From the NCBI GenBank assembly GCA_964016885.1, contig OZ024743.1, positions 253,022,001-253,086,000 on the forward strand: DNA of 64,000 nucleotides, in the 5' to 3' direction. Shown here piece by piece: positions 1 through 17,000 of the stretch. Made by a program: the position numbers and the translations under genes. Below the pieces are notes generated by a model. It searched no databases. It worked only from the letters and a program-made list of their open reading frames with translations, and was not told where the DNA came from. Each line of letters opens with the position of its first letter. The first letter of the stretch is position 1. This DNA comes from Eledone cirrhosa (Eukaryota).

Positions 1-272
1 CACACACACACACACACACAATAATTATAACGTACCAGATATTATCTAGGGTCACCGATTCCCACACATTCAATGATTTTACAAAAATCGTGGGTTGCAA
101 ATACGAATCTGCATATTAGAGCGAACAAAATACGTTACATAGTAGATAAACGGATTTTCGTGGGTAAACAAAATAATGCTCTGAACTGTATACAGTATCA
201 TTACTGCACCCTTAGTGCTGCTGGCTCATTAGCAAAATACTGCAAACAGGGACCAAGTGGTAATTCGATAAC
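1..272 (+). repeat. Left copy of an inverted duplication: (CA)n plus ~250 bp unique sequence, partner at 20626-20940
   Basis: 76-270 matches the reverse complement of ~20626-20821 with about 6 substitutions. ORFs 73..384(+) and 20536..20829(-) give near-identical peptides. The left copy has an extra ~35 bp. Confidence 0.9.
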
Positions 273-282
273 ATCGGAAGCA

Positions 283-742
283 CTAGAGCACTATATAGCT
301 CACCAAGGGAGGTTGGAGGGTCATTACATGGCACACCCATTGAGGAGGGAGCATTATATGGTACAACAAGGGATGAGGATGTAGTACTATATCTTGTAAG
401 AGAGAAGGGAAGAGCCATATTATAGCACACAAGGAGAGGAGAGAGGGGTACAATATGGCAGGCTTTGAGAGGAGGGATTTGCACTGGATGGCCAACCAAA
501 TAAGGAGGGGCGAATTATATGGTATATCAAGGGATAAGGATGGAGTACTATATGGCACATAAAGGGAGTGGTATTACATGGCTCACTAAGGGAGAAGGGA
601 GGTGCCATAATATTGCAGGCCAATGTAAGAGAAGGGGCACTATATAGAACACCATAGGAGGAGGGGGCCTTATATGGCACACAAATGGATGAGGGAGAGG
701 CACTATATGACACACCAAATAAGGTGCATTATATGGTACTAA
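283..742 (+). repeat. Degenerate minisatellite, ~33-37 bp unit with core GGGGCA(T/C)TATATGGCACAC
   Basis: About 13 recurrences of the core. A related inverted array lies at 21290-21660. Confidence 0.8.
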
Positions 743-849
743 CTCCACCTTTTCCTGTGGTACACGACCATCATATTTAAAAAAACAGTTTAAAATGAAA
801 TCGTGCAATATGTTCCTTGAATTAGAGATCACCCAGTTTGTTCTCAGCC

Positions 850-1820
850 CTATGTTGGTGTGTATTTACGTTTGTGTGTATATGGCGGTGTGTGTCTGTG
901 TGATCATGTTTGTGTATGCGGCGTGTCGGTTTGTGTATGGTGGTGTGTGTATGTGTGTTGGTGTGTGTATGGTAATTTGTGTGTGTACAGTGGTGTCTCT
1001 GTGTTTGTGTGTATGGTGTGTTAGTGTGTATAAGTGTTGGTCTGTGTGGGGGTTATGATAGGGAGTGTGGTCTGTATGGTAGTGAGTGTGGTGTGTGTTT
1101 GTGTGTGATTTTGATGTATGTGTGGTGATTTGTATTGATATGTGTGTATGTATAAGTGTGCCTGGTAGTGCTGGTATGTGTTTTATGGTATGTGTGTGGT
1201 GGCGATTTCTTGTTTATATGTTGGTGTGGTGTGTGTTGTAAATGCGTGCAGTGTGTGTGTGTAAGGTTTGGTGTATTTGTGTTGGTGTTTGTGTGTCTGT
1301 GCATGTGTGTGTGTGTATCTGTGCTGTAATTATTAGTGTATTTTTGAGTGTGTCTTTGTTAGTGTATGTGTGTGTAGTGCTGGGGGTGTTGTGTGTATGT
1401 GTGGGTGTGAGTGGGTTTGTATGTGTGGGGCTGTGGTGTGTACGTGTGTTCATTTGTATGTGTTCGTCTTTTGATGTATGTGCTGGTGTGTGTGTATGTG
1501 TTAGAGCATGTGGGATTGTGTGTTTGTTTGTGTGTGATGTGGGGGTTGTGGAGTGTGTTGGTGTGGGTGTGTGTGTATTGGTGTGGGTGTGTTGTTGTAT
1601 GTGTATGGATGTATCGGTGTTTGTGTTTGTTTTCGTGTGTTGGTGTGAGTGTATGTTTGCATTTGTATATGCTGGTGTGTATGTGCTGATGTGTTGTGTA
1701 GGTGTGTGTGTGTTGATGAGTTAGGTTTTGGTGTAAGTGTATGTGTCGTCGTGTGTGGCGGTAAGTGTCTGTATACACCTTTGTATGTATTAGTGTATGT
1801 GCTGGGGCATGTGTGGGGCG
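850..1820. repeat. Degenerate (GT)-rich low-complexity tract
   Basis: Almost entirely G/T with TGTG motifs; translates to C/V-rich junk ORFs. Confidence 0.9.
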
Positions 1821-2029
1821 AAGGAAGAAACGGAAATGGTTTTTGTTGTTGATGACGTTCAAACAATGGTATGGTGTTGCTCTAAAGAGAACGATTGGTT
1901 TAAATGGCATAGCAAAACAAACGATGGTTGGCACATCATTTAACGTATTTTGGCATGGAGGATACTTAGCTGAACCAGAAACTGACTTTTGATAAATAGT
2001 CATTTGACACGACAGGAAATTTGTGGTAA

Positions 2030-5000
2030 CACTGAACAACAACATCAACATCAACACCAACACTATCACTATCAACCCCACTAATAACAACATCAACACA
2101 CTCACAAGCACAATTAGCAACATCAACACCACCTCCACCACCACTAACAACAGCACTATTACGAACAACAGCATCACTAGGAACAGAAATAACACGGAAC
2201 AACATCAACATCAATACTTTTACTATCACACCACTAACAACAACGAGATAATCAACACAGTCACTGCCACCACCACATCAATCACCAATGACATCAGCAG
2301 GATAAGAAAAAACACTGAGAACATTAACACATCTACGACCACCATTAACATCAACAACATTACTACAACCACTAACAACATCAACGCAATCACCACTACT
2401 AATTACATCAACACTACCACCACAACCATCACCACTACTAATTACATCAACACTACCACCACAACCATCACCACTACTAAGAACATCAGCACTACCACCA
2501 CAACCATCACCACTACTAAGAACATCAACACTACCACCACAACCATCACCACTACTAATAACATCAACACTACCACCACAACCATCACCACTACTAATAA
2601 CATCAACACTACCACCACAACCATCACCACTACTAATAACATCAACACTACCACTACAACCATCACCACTACTAATAACATCAACACTACCACCACAACC
2701 ATCACCACTACTAATAACATCAACAATACCACCTCAAATATCACAACTACTAATAACATCAACACTACACCACAACCATCACCACTACTAATAACATCAA
2801 CACTACCACCACAACCATCTACACTACTAACAACATCATCTCTACCACCACGACCATCACCACTACTAACAACATCAACACTACCACCACAACCATCACC
2901 ACTACTAATAACATCAACACTACCACCACAACCATCACCTCTACTAATAACATCAACACAACCACCACAACCATCACCTCTACTAATAACATCAACACTA
3001 CCACCACAACCATCACCTCTACTAATAACATCAACACTACCACCACAACCATCACCACTAATAACATCAACAAAACCACCACAAACATTACCACTAATAA
3101 CATCAACACTACCACCACAACCATCACCACTACTAACAACATCAACACTACCACCACAACCATCACCACTACTAATAACATCAACACTACCACCACAACC
3201 ATCACCACTACTAATAACATCAACACTACCACCACAACCATCTACACTACTAACGACATCATCTCTACCACCACGACCATCACCAATACTAACAACATCA
3301 ACACTACCACCACAACCATCACCACTACTAACAGCATCACCACTACCACCACACCCATCACCACTACCACCACACCCATCACCACTACTAATAACAACAA
3401 CACTACCACCACAACCATCACCACTACTAATTACATCAACACTACCACCACAACCATCACCACTACTAATAACATCAACACTACCACCACAACCATCACC
3501 ACTACTAATAACATCAACACTACCACCACAACCATCACCACTACTAATAACATCAACACTACCACCACAACCATCACCACTACTAATAACATCAACAATA
3601 CCACCACAACCATCACCACTACTAATAACATCAACACTACCACCACAACCATCACCACTACTAATAACATCAACACTACCACCACAACCATCACCACTAC
3701 TGATAACATCAACACTACCACCACAACCATTACCACTACTAATAACATCAACACTACCACCACAACCATCACCACTACTAATAACATCAACTCTACCACC
3801 ACAACCATCACCACTACTAAGAACATCAACACTACCACCACAACCATCACCACTACTAATAACATCAACACTACCACCACAACCATCACCACTACTAATA
3901 ACATAACCACTACCACCACAAACATCACCACTACTAATAACATCAACACTACCACCACAACCATCAACACTACTAATAACATCAACACTACCACCACAAC
4001 CAATAACACTACTAATAACATCAACACTACCACCACAACCATCAGCACTACTAATAACATCAACACTACCACCACAACCATCACCACTACTAATAGCATC
4101 AACACTACCACCACAACCATCACCACTACTAATAACATCAACACTACCACCACAACCATCAGCACTACTAATAAAATCAACACTACCACCACAACCATCA
4201 CCACTACTAATAACATCAACACTACCACCACAACCATCACCACTACTAATAACATCAACACTACCACCAAAAACATCACCACTACTAGTAACATCAACAC
4301 TACAACCACAACCATCACCACTACTAATAACACCAACACTACCACCATAACCATCACCACTACTAATGACATCAACACTACCAACACTACCATCACCACT
4401 ACTAATAACATCAAAACTACCACCACAACCATCAACACTACTAATAACATCAACACTACAACCACAACCATCACCACTACTAATAACACCAACACTACCT
4501 CCATAACCATCACCACTACTAATGACATCAGCACTATCACCACAACAATCAACACTACTAATAACATCAACACTACCACCACAACCATCACCACTACTAA
4601 TAACATCAACACTCCAACCACAACCATCACCACTACTAATAACATCAACACTACCACCACAACCATCACCACTACTAATAACATCAACACTACCACCACA
4701 ACCATCACCACTACTAATAACATCAACACTCCAACCACAACCATCACCACTACTAATAACATCAACACTACCACCACAACCATCACCACTACTAATAACA
4801 TCAACACTACCACCACAACCATCTACACTACTAACAACATCATCTCTACCACCACACCCATCACCACTACTAACAACATCAACACTACCACCACAACCAT
4901 CACCACTACTAATAACATCAACACTACCACCACAACCATCTACACTACTAACAACATCATCTCTACCACCACAACCATCAACACTACTAATAACATCAAC

Positions 5001-8000
5001 ACTACCACCTCAACCATCAAAACTACTAATAACATCAAGACTACCACCACAACTATCACCACTAATAACATCATCACTACCACCACAACCATCACCACTA
5101 CTAAGAACATCAACACTACCACCACAACCATCAGCACTACTAATAACATCAACACTACCACCACAACCATCACCACTACTAATAACATCAACACTACAAC
5201 CACAACCATCACCACTACTAATAACACCAACACTACCACCACAATCATCACCACTACTAATAACATCAACACTACCACCACAATCATCACCACTACTAAT
5301 AACATCAACACTACCACCACAACCATCACCTCTACTAATAACATAACCACTACCACCACAACCATCAGCACTACTAATAACATCAACACTACCACCACAA
5401 CCATCACCACTACTAATAACATCAACACTACCACCATAACCATCACCACTACTAATAACATCAACACTACCACCACAACCATCACCACTACTAATAACAT
5501 CAACACTACCACCACAACCCTCACCACTACTAATAACATCAACACTCCCACCACAACCATCACCAGTACTAATAACATCACTACTACCACCACAACCATC
5601 ACCAGTACTGACAACATCAACACTACCACCACAACCATCACCACTACAAATAACATCAACACTACCACCTCAACCATCACCACTACTAATAACATCACTA
5701 CTACCACCACAACCATCACCAGTACTAACAACATCAACACTACCACCAAAAACATCACCACTACTAATAACATCAACACTCCCACCACACCCATCACCAC
5801 TACTAAGAACATCAACACTACCACCACAACCATCACCACTACTAATAACATCAACTCTACCACCACAACCATCACCACTACTAATAACATCAACACTACC
5901 ACCACAACCATCACCACTACTAATAACATCAACGCTACCACCACAACCATCACCATTACTAATAACATCAACACTCCCACCACAACCATCACCACTCCCA
6001 CCACAACCATCAACATAAATAACATCAACCATACCACCACAACCATCACCACTACTAATAACATCAACACTACCACCACAACTATCACCACTACTAATAA
6101 CATCAACACTACCACCACAAACATCACCACTACTAATAACATCAACACTAACACCACAACCATCACCACTAATAGCATCAACACTACCACCACAACCATC
6201 ACCACTACTAATAACATCAACACTACCACCACAACCATCAGCACTACTAAGAACATCAACACTCCCACCACAACCATCACCACTACTAATAACATCACCA
6301 CTACCACCATAACCATCACCACTACTAATAACATCAACACTACCACCACAACCATCACCACTACTAATAACATCAACACTACCACCACAACCATCAACAC
6401 TACTAATAACATCAACACTACCACCACAACCATCACCACTACTAATAACATCAACACTACCACCACAACCATCACCACTACTAATAACATCAAGACTACC
6501 ACCACAACCATCACCACTAATAACATCAACACTACCACCACAACCATCACCACTACTAATAACATCAACTCTACCACCACAACCATCACCACTACTAAGA
6601 ACATCAACACTACCACCACAACCATCACCACTACTAATAACATCAACACTACCACCACAATCATCACCACTACTAACAACATCAACACTACCACCACAAC
6701 CATCACCACTACTAACAACATCAACTCTACCACCACAACCATCACCACTACTAATAACATCAACACTCCCACCACAACCATCGCCACTACTAACAACATC
6801 AACACTACCACCACAACCATCACCACTACTAACAACATCAACTCTACCACCACAACCATCACCACTACTACTAACATCAACACTACCACAACAACCATCA
6901 CCACTACTAATAACATCAACACTACCACCACAACCATCACCACTACTAATAACATCAACACTACCACCACAACCATCACCACTACTAATAACATCAACAC
7001 TACCACCACAACCATCACCACTACTAATAACATCAACACTCCCACCACAACCATCAACATAAATAACATCAACACTACCACCACAACCATCACCACTACT
7101 AATAACATCAACACTACCACCACAACCATCAGCACTACTAATAACATCAACACTACCACCACAACCATCACCACTACTAATAACATCAACACTACCACCA
7201 CAATCATCACCACTACTAATAACATCAACACTACCACCACAACCATCACCTCTACTAATAACATAACCACTACCACCACAACCATCAGCACTACTAATAA
7301 CATCAACACTACCACCACAAACATCACCACTACTAATAACATCAACACTACAACCACAACCATCACCACTACTAATAACACCAACACTACCACCACAACC
7401 AATAACACTACTAATAACATCAACACTACCACCATAACCATCACCACTACTAATAACATCAACACTACCACCATAACCATCACCACTACTAATAACATCA
7501 ACACTACCACTACAACCATCACCACTACTAATAACATCAACACTACCACCACAACCCTCACCACTACTAATAACATCAACACTCCCACCACAACCATCAC
7601 CAGTACTAATAACATCACTACTAACACCACAACCATCACCAGTACTGACAACATCAACACTACCACCACAACCATCACCACTACTAATAACATCAACACT
7701 ACCACCTCAACCATCACCACTACTAATAACATCACTACTACCACCACAACCATCACCAGTACTAACAACATCAACACTACCACCAAAAACATCACCACTA
7801 CTAATAACATCAACACTCCCACCACACCCATCACCACTACTAAGAACATCAACACTACCACCACAACCATCACCACTACTAATAACATCAACTCTACCAC
7901 CACAACCATCACCACTACTAATAACATCAACACTACCACCACAACCATCACCACTACTAACAACATCAACACTACCACCACAACCATCACCACTACTAAT

Positions 8001-11000
8001 AACATCAACACTACCACCACAACCATCACCATTACTAATAACATCAACACTCCCACCACAACCATCACCACTCCCACCACACCCATCAACATAAATAACG
8101 TCAACCATACCACCACAACCATCACCACTACTAATAACATCAACACTACCACCACAACTATAACCACTACTAATAACATCAACACTACCACCACAAACAT
8201 CACCACTACTAATAACATCAACACTACCACCACAACCATCACCACTAATAACATCAACACTAACACCACAACCATCACCACTAATAACATCAACACTACC
8301 ACCACAACCATCACCACTACTAATAACATCAACACAACCACCATAACCATCACCACTACTAACAACATCAACACTACCACCACAACCATCAGCACTTCTA
8401 AGAACATAAACACTCCCACCACAACCATCACCACTACTAACAACATCACCACTACCACCACAACCATCACCACTACTAATAACATCAAGACTACCACCAT
8501 AACCATCAGCACTACTAATAACATCAACACTACCACCACAACCATCAGCACTACTAGGAATATCAACACTCCCACCACAACAATCTACACCACTAACAAT
8601 GCCACCAATACCACCACAACCATCAGCACTACTAATAACATCAACACTACCACCACAACCATCACCACTACTAATAACATCAACACTACCACCATAACCA
8701 TCAGCACTACTAATAACATCAACACTACCACCACAACCATCACCACTACTAATAACATCAACACTACCACCACAACCATCAGCACTACTAGGAATATCAA
8801 CACTCCCACCACAACAATCTACACTACTAACAATGCCACCAATACCACCACAACCATCAGCACTACTAATAACATCAACACTACCACCACAACCATCACC
8901 ACTACTAATAACACCAACACTACCACCATAACCATCACCACTACTAATGACATCAACACTACCAACACTACCATCACCACTACTAATAACATCAAAACTA
9001 CCACCACAACCATCAACACTACTAATAACATCAACACTACAACCACAACCATCACCACTACTAATAACACCAACACTACCACCATAACCATCACCACTAC
9101 TAATGACATCAGCACTATCACCACAACAATCAACACTACTAATAACATCAACACTACCACCACAACCATCACCACTACTAATAACATCAACACTCCAACC
9201 ACAACCATCACCACTACTAATAACATCAACACTACCACCACAACCATCACCACTACTAATAACATCAACACTACCACCACAACCATCACCACTACTAATA
9301 ACATCAACACTCCAACCACAACCATCACCACTACTAATAACATCAACACTACCACCACAACCATCACCACTACTAATAACATCAACACTACCACCACAAC
9401 CATCTACACTACTAACAACATCATCTCTACCACCACACCCATCACCACTACTAACAACATCAACACTACCACCACAACCATCACCACTACTAATAACATC
9501 AACACTACCACCACAACCATCTACACTACTAACAACATCATCTCTACCACCACAACCATCAACACTACTAATAACATCAACACTACCACCACAACCATCG
9601 CCACTACTAATAACATCAACACTACCACCTCAACCATCAAAACTACTAATAACATCAAGACTACCACCACAACTATCACCACTAATAACATCATCACTAC
9701 CACCACAACCATCACCACTACTAAGAACATCAACACTACCACCACAACCATCAGCACTACTAATAACATCAACACTACCACCACAACCATCACCACTACT
9801 AATAACATCAACACTACAACCACAACCATCACCACTACTAATAACACCAACACTACCACCACAACCATCACCACTACTAATAACATCAACACTACCACCA
9901 CAATCATCACCACTACTAATAACATCAACACTACCACCACAACCATCACCTCTACTAATAACATAACCACTACCACCACAACCATCAGCACTACTAATAA
10001 CATCAACACTACCACCACAACCATCACCACTACTAATAACATCAACACTACCACCATAACCATCACCACTACTAATAACATCAACACTACCACCACAACC
10101 ATCACCACTACTAATAACATCAACACTACCACCACAACCCTCACCACTACTAATAACATCAACACTCCCACCACAACCATCACCAGTACTAATAACATCA
10201 CTACTACCACCACAACCATCACCAGTACTGACAACATCAACACTACCACCACAACCATCACCACTACAAATAACATCAACACTACCACCTCAACCATCAC
10301 CACTACTAATAACATCACTACTACCACCACAACCATCACCAGTACTAACAACATCAACACTACCACCAAAAACATCACCACTACTAATAACATCAACACT
10401 CCCACCACACCCATCACCACTACTAAGAACATCAACACTACCACCACAACCATCACCACTACTAATAACATCAACTCTACCACCACAACCATCACCACTA
10501 CTAATAACATCAACACTACCACCACAACCATCACCACTACTAATAACATCAACGCTACCACCACAACCATCACCATTACTAATAACATCAACACTCCCAC
10601 CACAACCATCACCACTCCCACCACAACCATCAACATAAATAACATCAACCATACCACCACAACCATCACCACTACTAATAACATCAACACTACCACCACA
10701 ACTATCACCACTACTAATAACATCAACACTACCACCACAAACATCACCACTACTAATAACATCAACACTAACACCACAACCATCACCACTAATAGCATCA
10801 ACACTACCACCACAACCATCACCACTACTAATAACATCAACACTACCACCACAACCATCAGCACTACTAAGAACATCAACACTCCCACCACAACCATCAC
10901 CACTACTAATAACATCACCACTACCACCATAACCATCACCACTACTAATAACATCAACACTACCACCACAACCATCACCACTACTAATAACATCAACACT

Positions 11001-14000
11001 ACCACCACAACCATCAACACTACTAATAACATCAACACTACCACCACAACCATCACCACTACTAATAACATCAACACTACCACCACAACCATCACCACTA
11101 CTAATAACATCAAGACTACCACCACAACCATCACCACTAATAACATCAACACTACCACCACAACCATCACCACTACTAATAACATCAACTCTACCACCAC
11201 AACCATCACCACTACTAAGAACATCAACACTACCACCACAACCATCACCACTACTAATAACATCAACACTACCACCACAATCATCACCACTACTAACAAC
11301 ATCAACACTACCACCACAACCATCACCACTACTAACAACATCAACTCTACCACCACAACCATCACCACTACTAATAACATCAACACTCCCACCACAACCA
11401 TCGCCACTACTAACAACATCAACACTACCACCACAACCATCACCACTACTAACAACATCAACTCTACCACCACAACCATCACCACTACTAATAACATCAA
11501 CACTACCACAACAACCATCACCACTACTAATAACATCAACACTACCACCACAACCATCACCACTACTAATAACATCAACACTACCACCACAACCATCACC
11601 ACTACTAATAAAATCAACACTACCACCACAACCATCACCACTACTAATAACATCAACACTCCCACCACAACCATCAACATAAATAACATCAACACTACCA
11701 CCACAACCATCACCACTACTAATAACATCAACACTACCACCACAACCATCAGCACTACTAATAACATCAACACTACCACCACAACCATCACCACTACTAA
11801 TAACATCAACACTACCACCACAATCATCACCACTACTAATAACATCAACACTACCACCACAACCATCACCTCTACTAATAACATAACCACTACCACCACA
11901 ACCATCAGCACTACTAATAACATCAACACTACCACCACAAACATCACCACTACTAATAACATCAACACTACAACCACAACCATCACCACTACTAATAACA
12001 CCAACACTACCACCACAACCAATAACACTACTAATAACATCAACACTACCACCACAACCATCACCACTACTAATAACATCAACACTACCACCATAACCAT
12101 CACCACTACTAATAACATCAACACTACCACTACAACCATCACCACTACTAATAACATCAACACTACCACCACAACCCTCACCACTACTAATAACATCAAC
12201 ACTCCCACCACAACCATCACCAGTACTAATAACATCACTACTAACACCACAACCATCACCAGTACTGACAACATCAACACTACCACCACAACCATCACCA
12301 CTACTAATAACATCAACACTACCACCTCAACCATCACCACTACTAATAACATCACTACTACCACCACAACCATCACCAGTACTAACAACATCAACACTAC
12401 CACCAAAAACATCACCACTACTAATAACATCAACACTCCCACCACACCCATCACCACTACTAAGAACATCAACACTACCACCACAACCATCACCACTACT
12501 AATAACATCAACTCTACCACCACAACCATCACCACTACTAATAACATCAACACTACCACCACAACCATCACCACTACTAACAACATCAACACTACCACCA
12601 CAACCATCACCACTACTAATAACATCAACACTACCACCACAACCATCACCATTACTAATAACATCAACACTCCCACCACAACCATCACCACTCCCACCAC
12701 ACCCATCAACATAAATAACGTCAACCATACCACCACAACCATCACCACTACTAATAACATCAACACTACCACCACAACTATAACCACTACTAATAACATC
12801 AACACTACCACCACAAACATCACCACTACTAATAACATCAACACTACCACCACAACCATCACCACTAATAACATCAACACTAACACCACAACCATCACCA
12901 CTAATAACATCAACACTACCACCACAACCATCACCACTACTAATAACATCAACACAACCACCATAACCATCACCACTACTAACAACATCAACACTACCAC
13001 CACAACCATCAGCACTTCTAAGAACATCAACACTCCCACCACAACCATCACCACTACTAACAACATCACCACTACCACCACAACCATCACCACTACTAAT
13101 AACATCAAGACTACCACCATAACCATCAGCACTACTAATAACATCAACACTACCACCACAACCATCAGCACTACTAGGAATATCAACACTCCCACCACAA
13201 CAATCTACACTACTAACAATGCCACCAATACCACCACAACCATCAGCACTACTAATAACATCAACACTACCACCACAACCATCACCACTACTAATAACAT
13301 CAACACTACCACCATAACCATCAGCACTACTAATAACATCAACACTACCACCACAACCATCACCACTACTAATAACATCAACACTACCACCAAAAACATC
13401 ACCACTACTAATAACATCAACACTACCACCATAACCATCACCACTACTAATAACATCAACACTACCACCACAATCATCACCACTACTAATAACATCAACA
13501 CTACCACCACAACCATCACCTCTACTAATAACATCAACACTACCACCACAACCATCACCTCTACTAATAACATCACCACTACCACAACAACCATCACCAC
13601 TACTAATAACATCAACACTACCACCACAACCATCACCACTACTAATAACATCAACACTACCACCACAACCATCACCACTACTAATAACATCAACACTACC
13701 ACCACAACCATCACCACTACTAATAACATCAACACTCCCACCACAACCATCACCACTACTAATAACATCAACACTACCACCAAAAACATCACCACTACTA
13801 ATAACATCAACACTACCACCATAACCATCACCACTACTAATAACATCAACACTCCCACCACAACCATCACCACTACTAACAACATCAACACTACCACCAC
13901 AACCATCACCACTACTAACAACATCAACTCTACCACCACAACCATCACCACTACTAATAACATCAACACTACCACAACAACCATCACCACTACTAATAAC

Positions 14001-17000
14001 ATCAACACTACCACCACAACCATCACCACTACTAATAACATCAACACTACCACCACAACCATCACCACTACTAATAACATCAACACTACCACCACAACCA
14101 TCACCACTACTAATAACATCAACACTCCCACCACAACCATCAACATAAATAACATCAACACTACCACCACAACCATCACCACTACTAATAACATCAACAC
14201 TACCACCACAACCATCAGCACTACTAATAACATCAACACTACCACCACAACCATCACCACTACTAATAACATCAACACTACCACCACAATCATCACCACT
14301 ACTAATAACATCAACACTACCACCACAACCATCACCTCTACTAATAACATAACCACTACCACCACAACCATCAGCACTACTAATAACATCAACACTACCA
14401 CCACAAACATCACCACCACTAATAACATCAACACTACAACCACAACCATCACCACTACTAATAACACCAACACTACCACCACAACCAATAACACTACTAA
14501 TAACATCAACACTACCACCACAACCATCACCACTACTAATAACATCAACACTACCACCATAACCATCACCACTACTAATAACATCAACACTACCACTACA
14601 ACCATCACCACTACTAATAACATCAACACTACCACCACAACCCTCACCACTACTAATAACATCAACACTCCCACCACAACCATCACCAGTACTAATAACA
14701 TCACTACTACCACCACAACCATCACCAGTACTGACAACATCAACACTACCACCACAACCATCACCACTACTAATAACATCAACACTACCACCTCAACCAT
14801 CACCACTACTAATAACATCACTACTACCACCACAACCATCACCAGTACTAACAACATCAACACTACCACCAAAAACATCACCACTACTAATAACATCAAC
14901 ACTCCCACCACACCCATCACCACTACTAAGAACATCAACACTACCACCACAACCATCACCACTACTAATAACATCAACTCTACCACCACAACCATCACCA
15001 CTACTAATAACATCAACACTACCACCACAACCATCACCACTACTAACAACATCAACACTACCACCACAACCATCACCACTACTAATAACATCAACACTAC
15101 CACCACAACCATCACCATTACTAATAACATCAACACTCCCACCACAACCATCACCACTCCCACCACACCCATCAACATAAATAACGTCAACCATACCACC
15201 ACAACCATCACCACTACTAATAACATCAACACTACCACCACAACTATAACCACTACTAATAACATCAACACTACCACCACAAACATCACCACTACTAATA
15301 ACATCAACACTACCACCACAACCATCACCACTAATAACATCAACACTAACACCACAACCATCACCACTAATAACATCAACACTACCACCACAACCATCAC
15401 CACTACTAATAACATCAACACAACCACCATAACCATCACCACTACTAACAACATCAACACTACCACCACAACCATCAGCACTTCTAAGAACATCAACACT
15501 CCCACCACAACCATCACCACTACTAACAACATCACCACTAACACCACAACCATCACCACTACTAATAACATCAAGACTACCACCATAACCATCAGCACTA
15601 CTAATAAAATCAACACTACCACCACAACCATCAGCACTACTAGGAATATCAACACTCCCACCACAACAATCTACACTACTAACAATGCCACCAATACCAC
15701 CACAACCATCAGCACTACTAATAACATCAACACTACCACCACAACCATCACCACTACTAATAACATCAACACTACCACCATAACCATCAGCACTACTAAT
15801 AACATCAACACTACCACCACAACCATCACCACTACTAATAACATCAACACTACCACCAAAAACATCACCACTACTAATAACATCAACACTACCACCACAA
15901 CCATCAGCACTACCAATAACATCAACACTACCACCAAAAACATCACCACTACTAATAACATCAACACTACCACCACAACCATCACCACTACTAATAACAT
16001 CAACACTACCACCACAACCATCAACACTACTAATAACATCAACACTACCACCTCAAATATCACCACTACTAATAACATCAACACTACACCACAACCATCA
16101 CCACTACTAATAACATCAACACTACCACCACAACCATCTACACTACTAACAATATCATCTCTACCACCACGACCATCACCACTACTAACAACATCAACAC
16201 TACCACCACAACCATCACCACTACTAATAACATCAACACTACCACCACAACCATCACCTCTACTAATAACATCAACACAACCACCACAACCATCTACACT
16301 ACTAACGACATCATCACTACCACCACAACCATCACCACTACTAACAGCATCACCACTACCACCACACCCATCACCACTACTAATAACAACAACACTACCA
16401 CCACAACCATCACCACTACTAATAACATCAACACTACCACCACAACCATCACCTCTACTAATAACATCAACACTACCACCACAACCATCACCACTAATAA
16501 CATCAACAAAACCACCACAAACATTACCACTAATAACATCAACACTACCACCACAACCATCACCACTACTAACAACATCAACACTACCACCACAACAATC
16601 ACCACTACTAATAACATCAACACTACCACCACAACCATCTACACTACTAACGACATCATCACTACCACCACAACCATCACCACTACTAACAGCATCACCA
16701 CTACCACCACACCCATCACCACTACTAATAACAACAACACTACCACCACAACCATCACCACTACTAATAACATCACCACTACCACCACAACCATCACCAC
16801 TACTAATAACATCAACACTACCACCACAACCATCACCACTACTAATAACATCAACACTACCACCACAACCATCACCACTACTAATAACATCAACAATACC
16901 ACCACAACCATCACCACTATTAACAACATCAACACTACCACCACAACCATCACCACTACTAATTACATCAACACTACCACCACAACCATCACCACTACTA

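Noticed and set aside
283-742. CRISPR-like look of a conserved core with variable spacers
   Set aside because: The cores are degenerate, the spacers are related purine-rich variants, there are no cas genes and the context is eukaryotic. It is a minisatellite.
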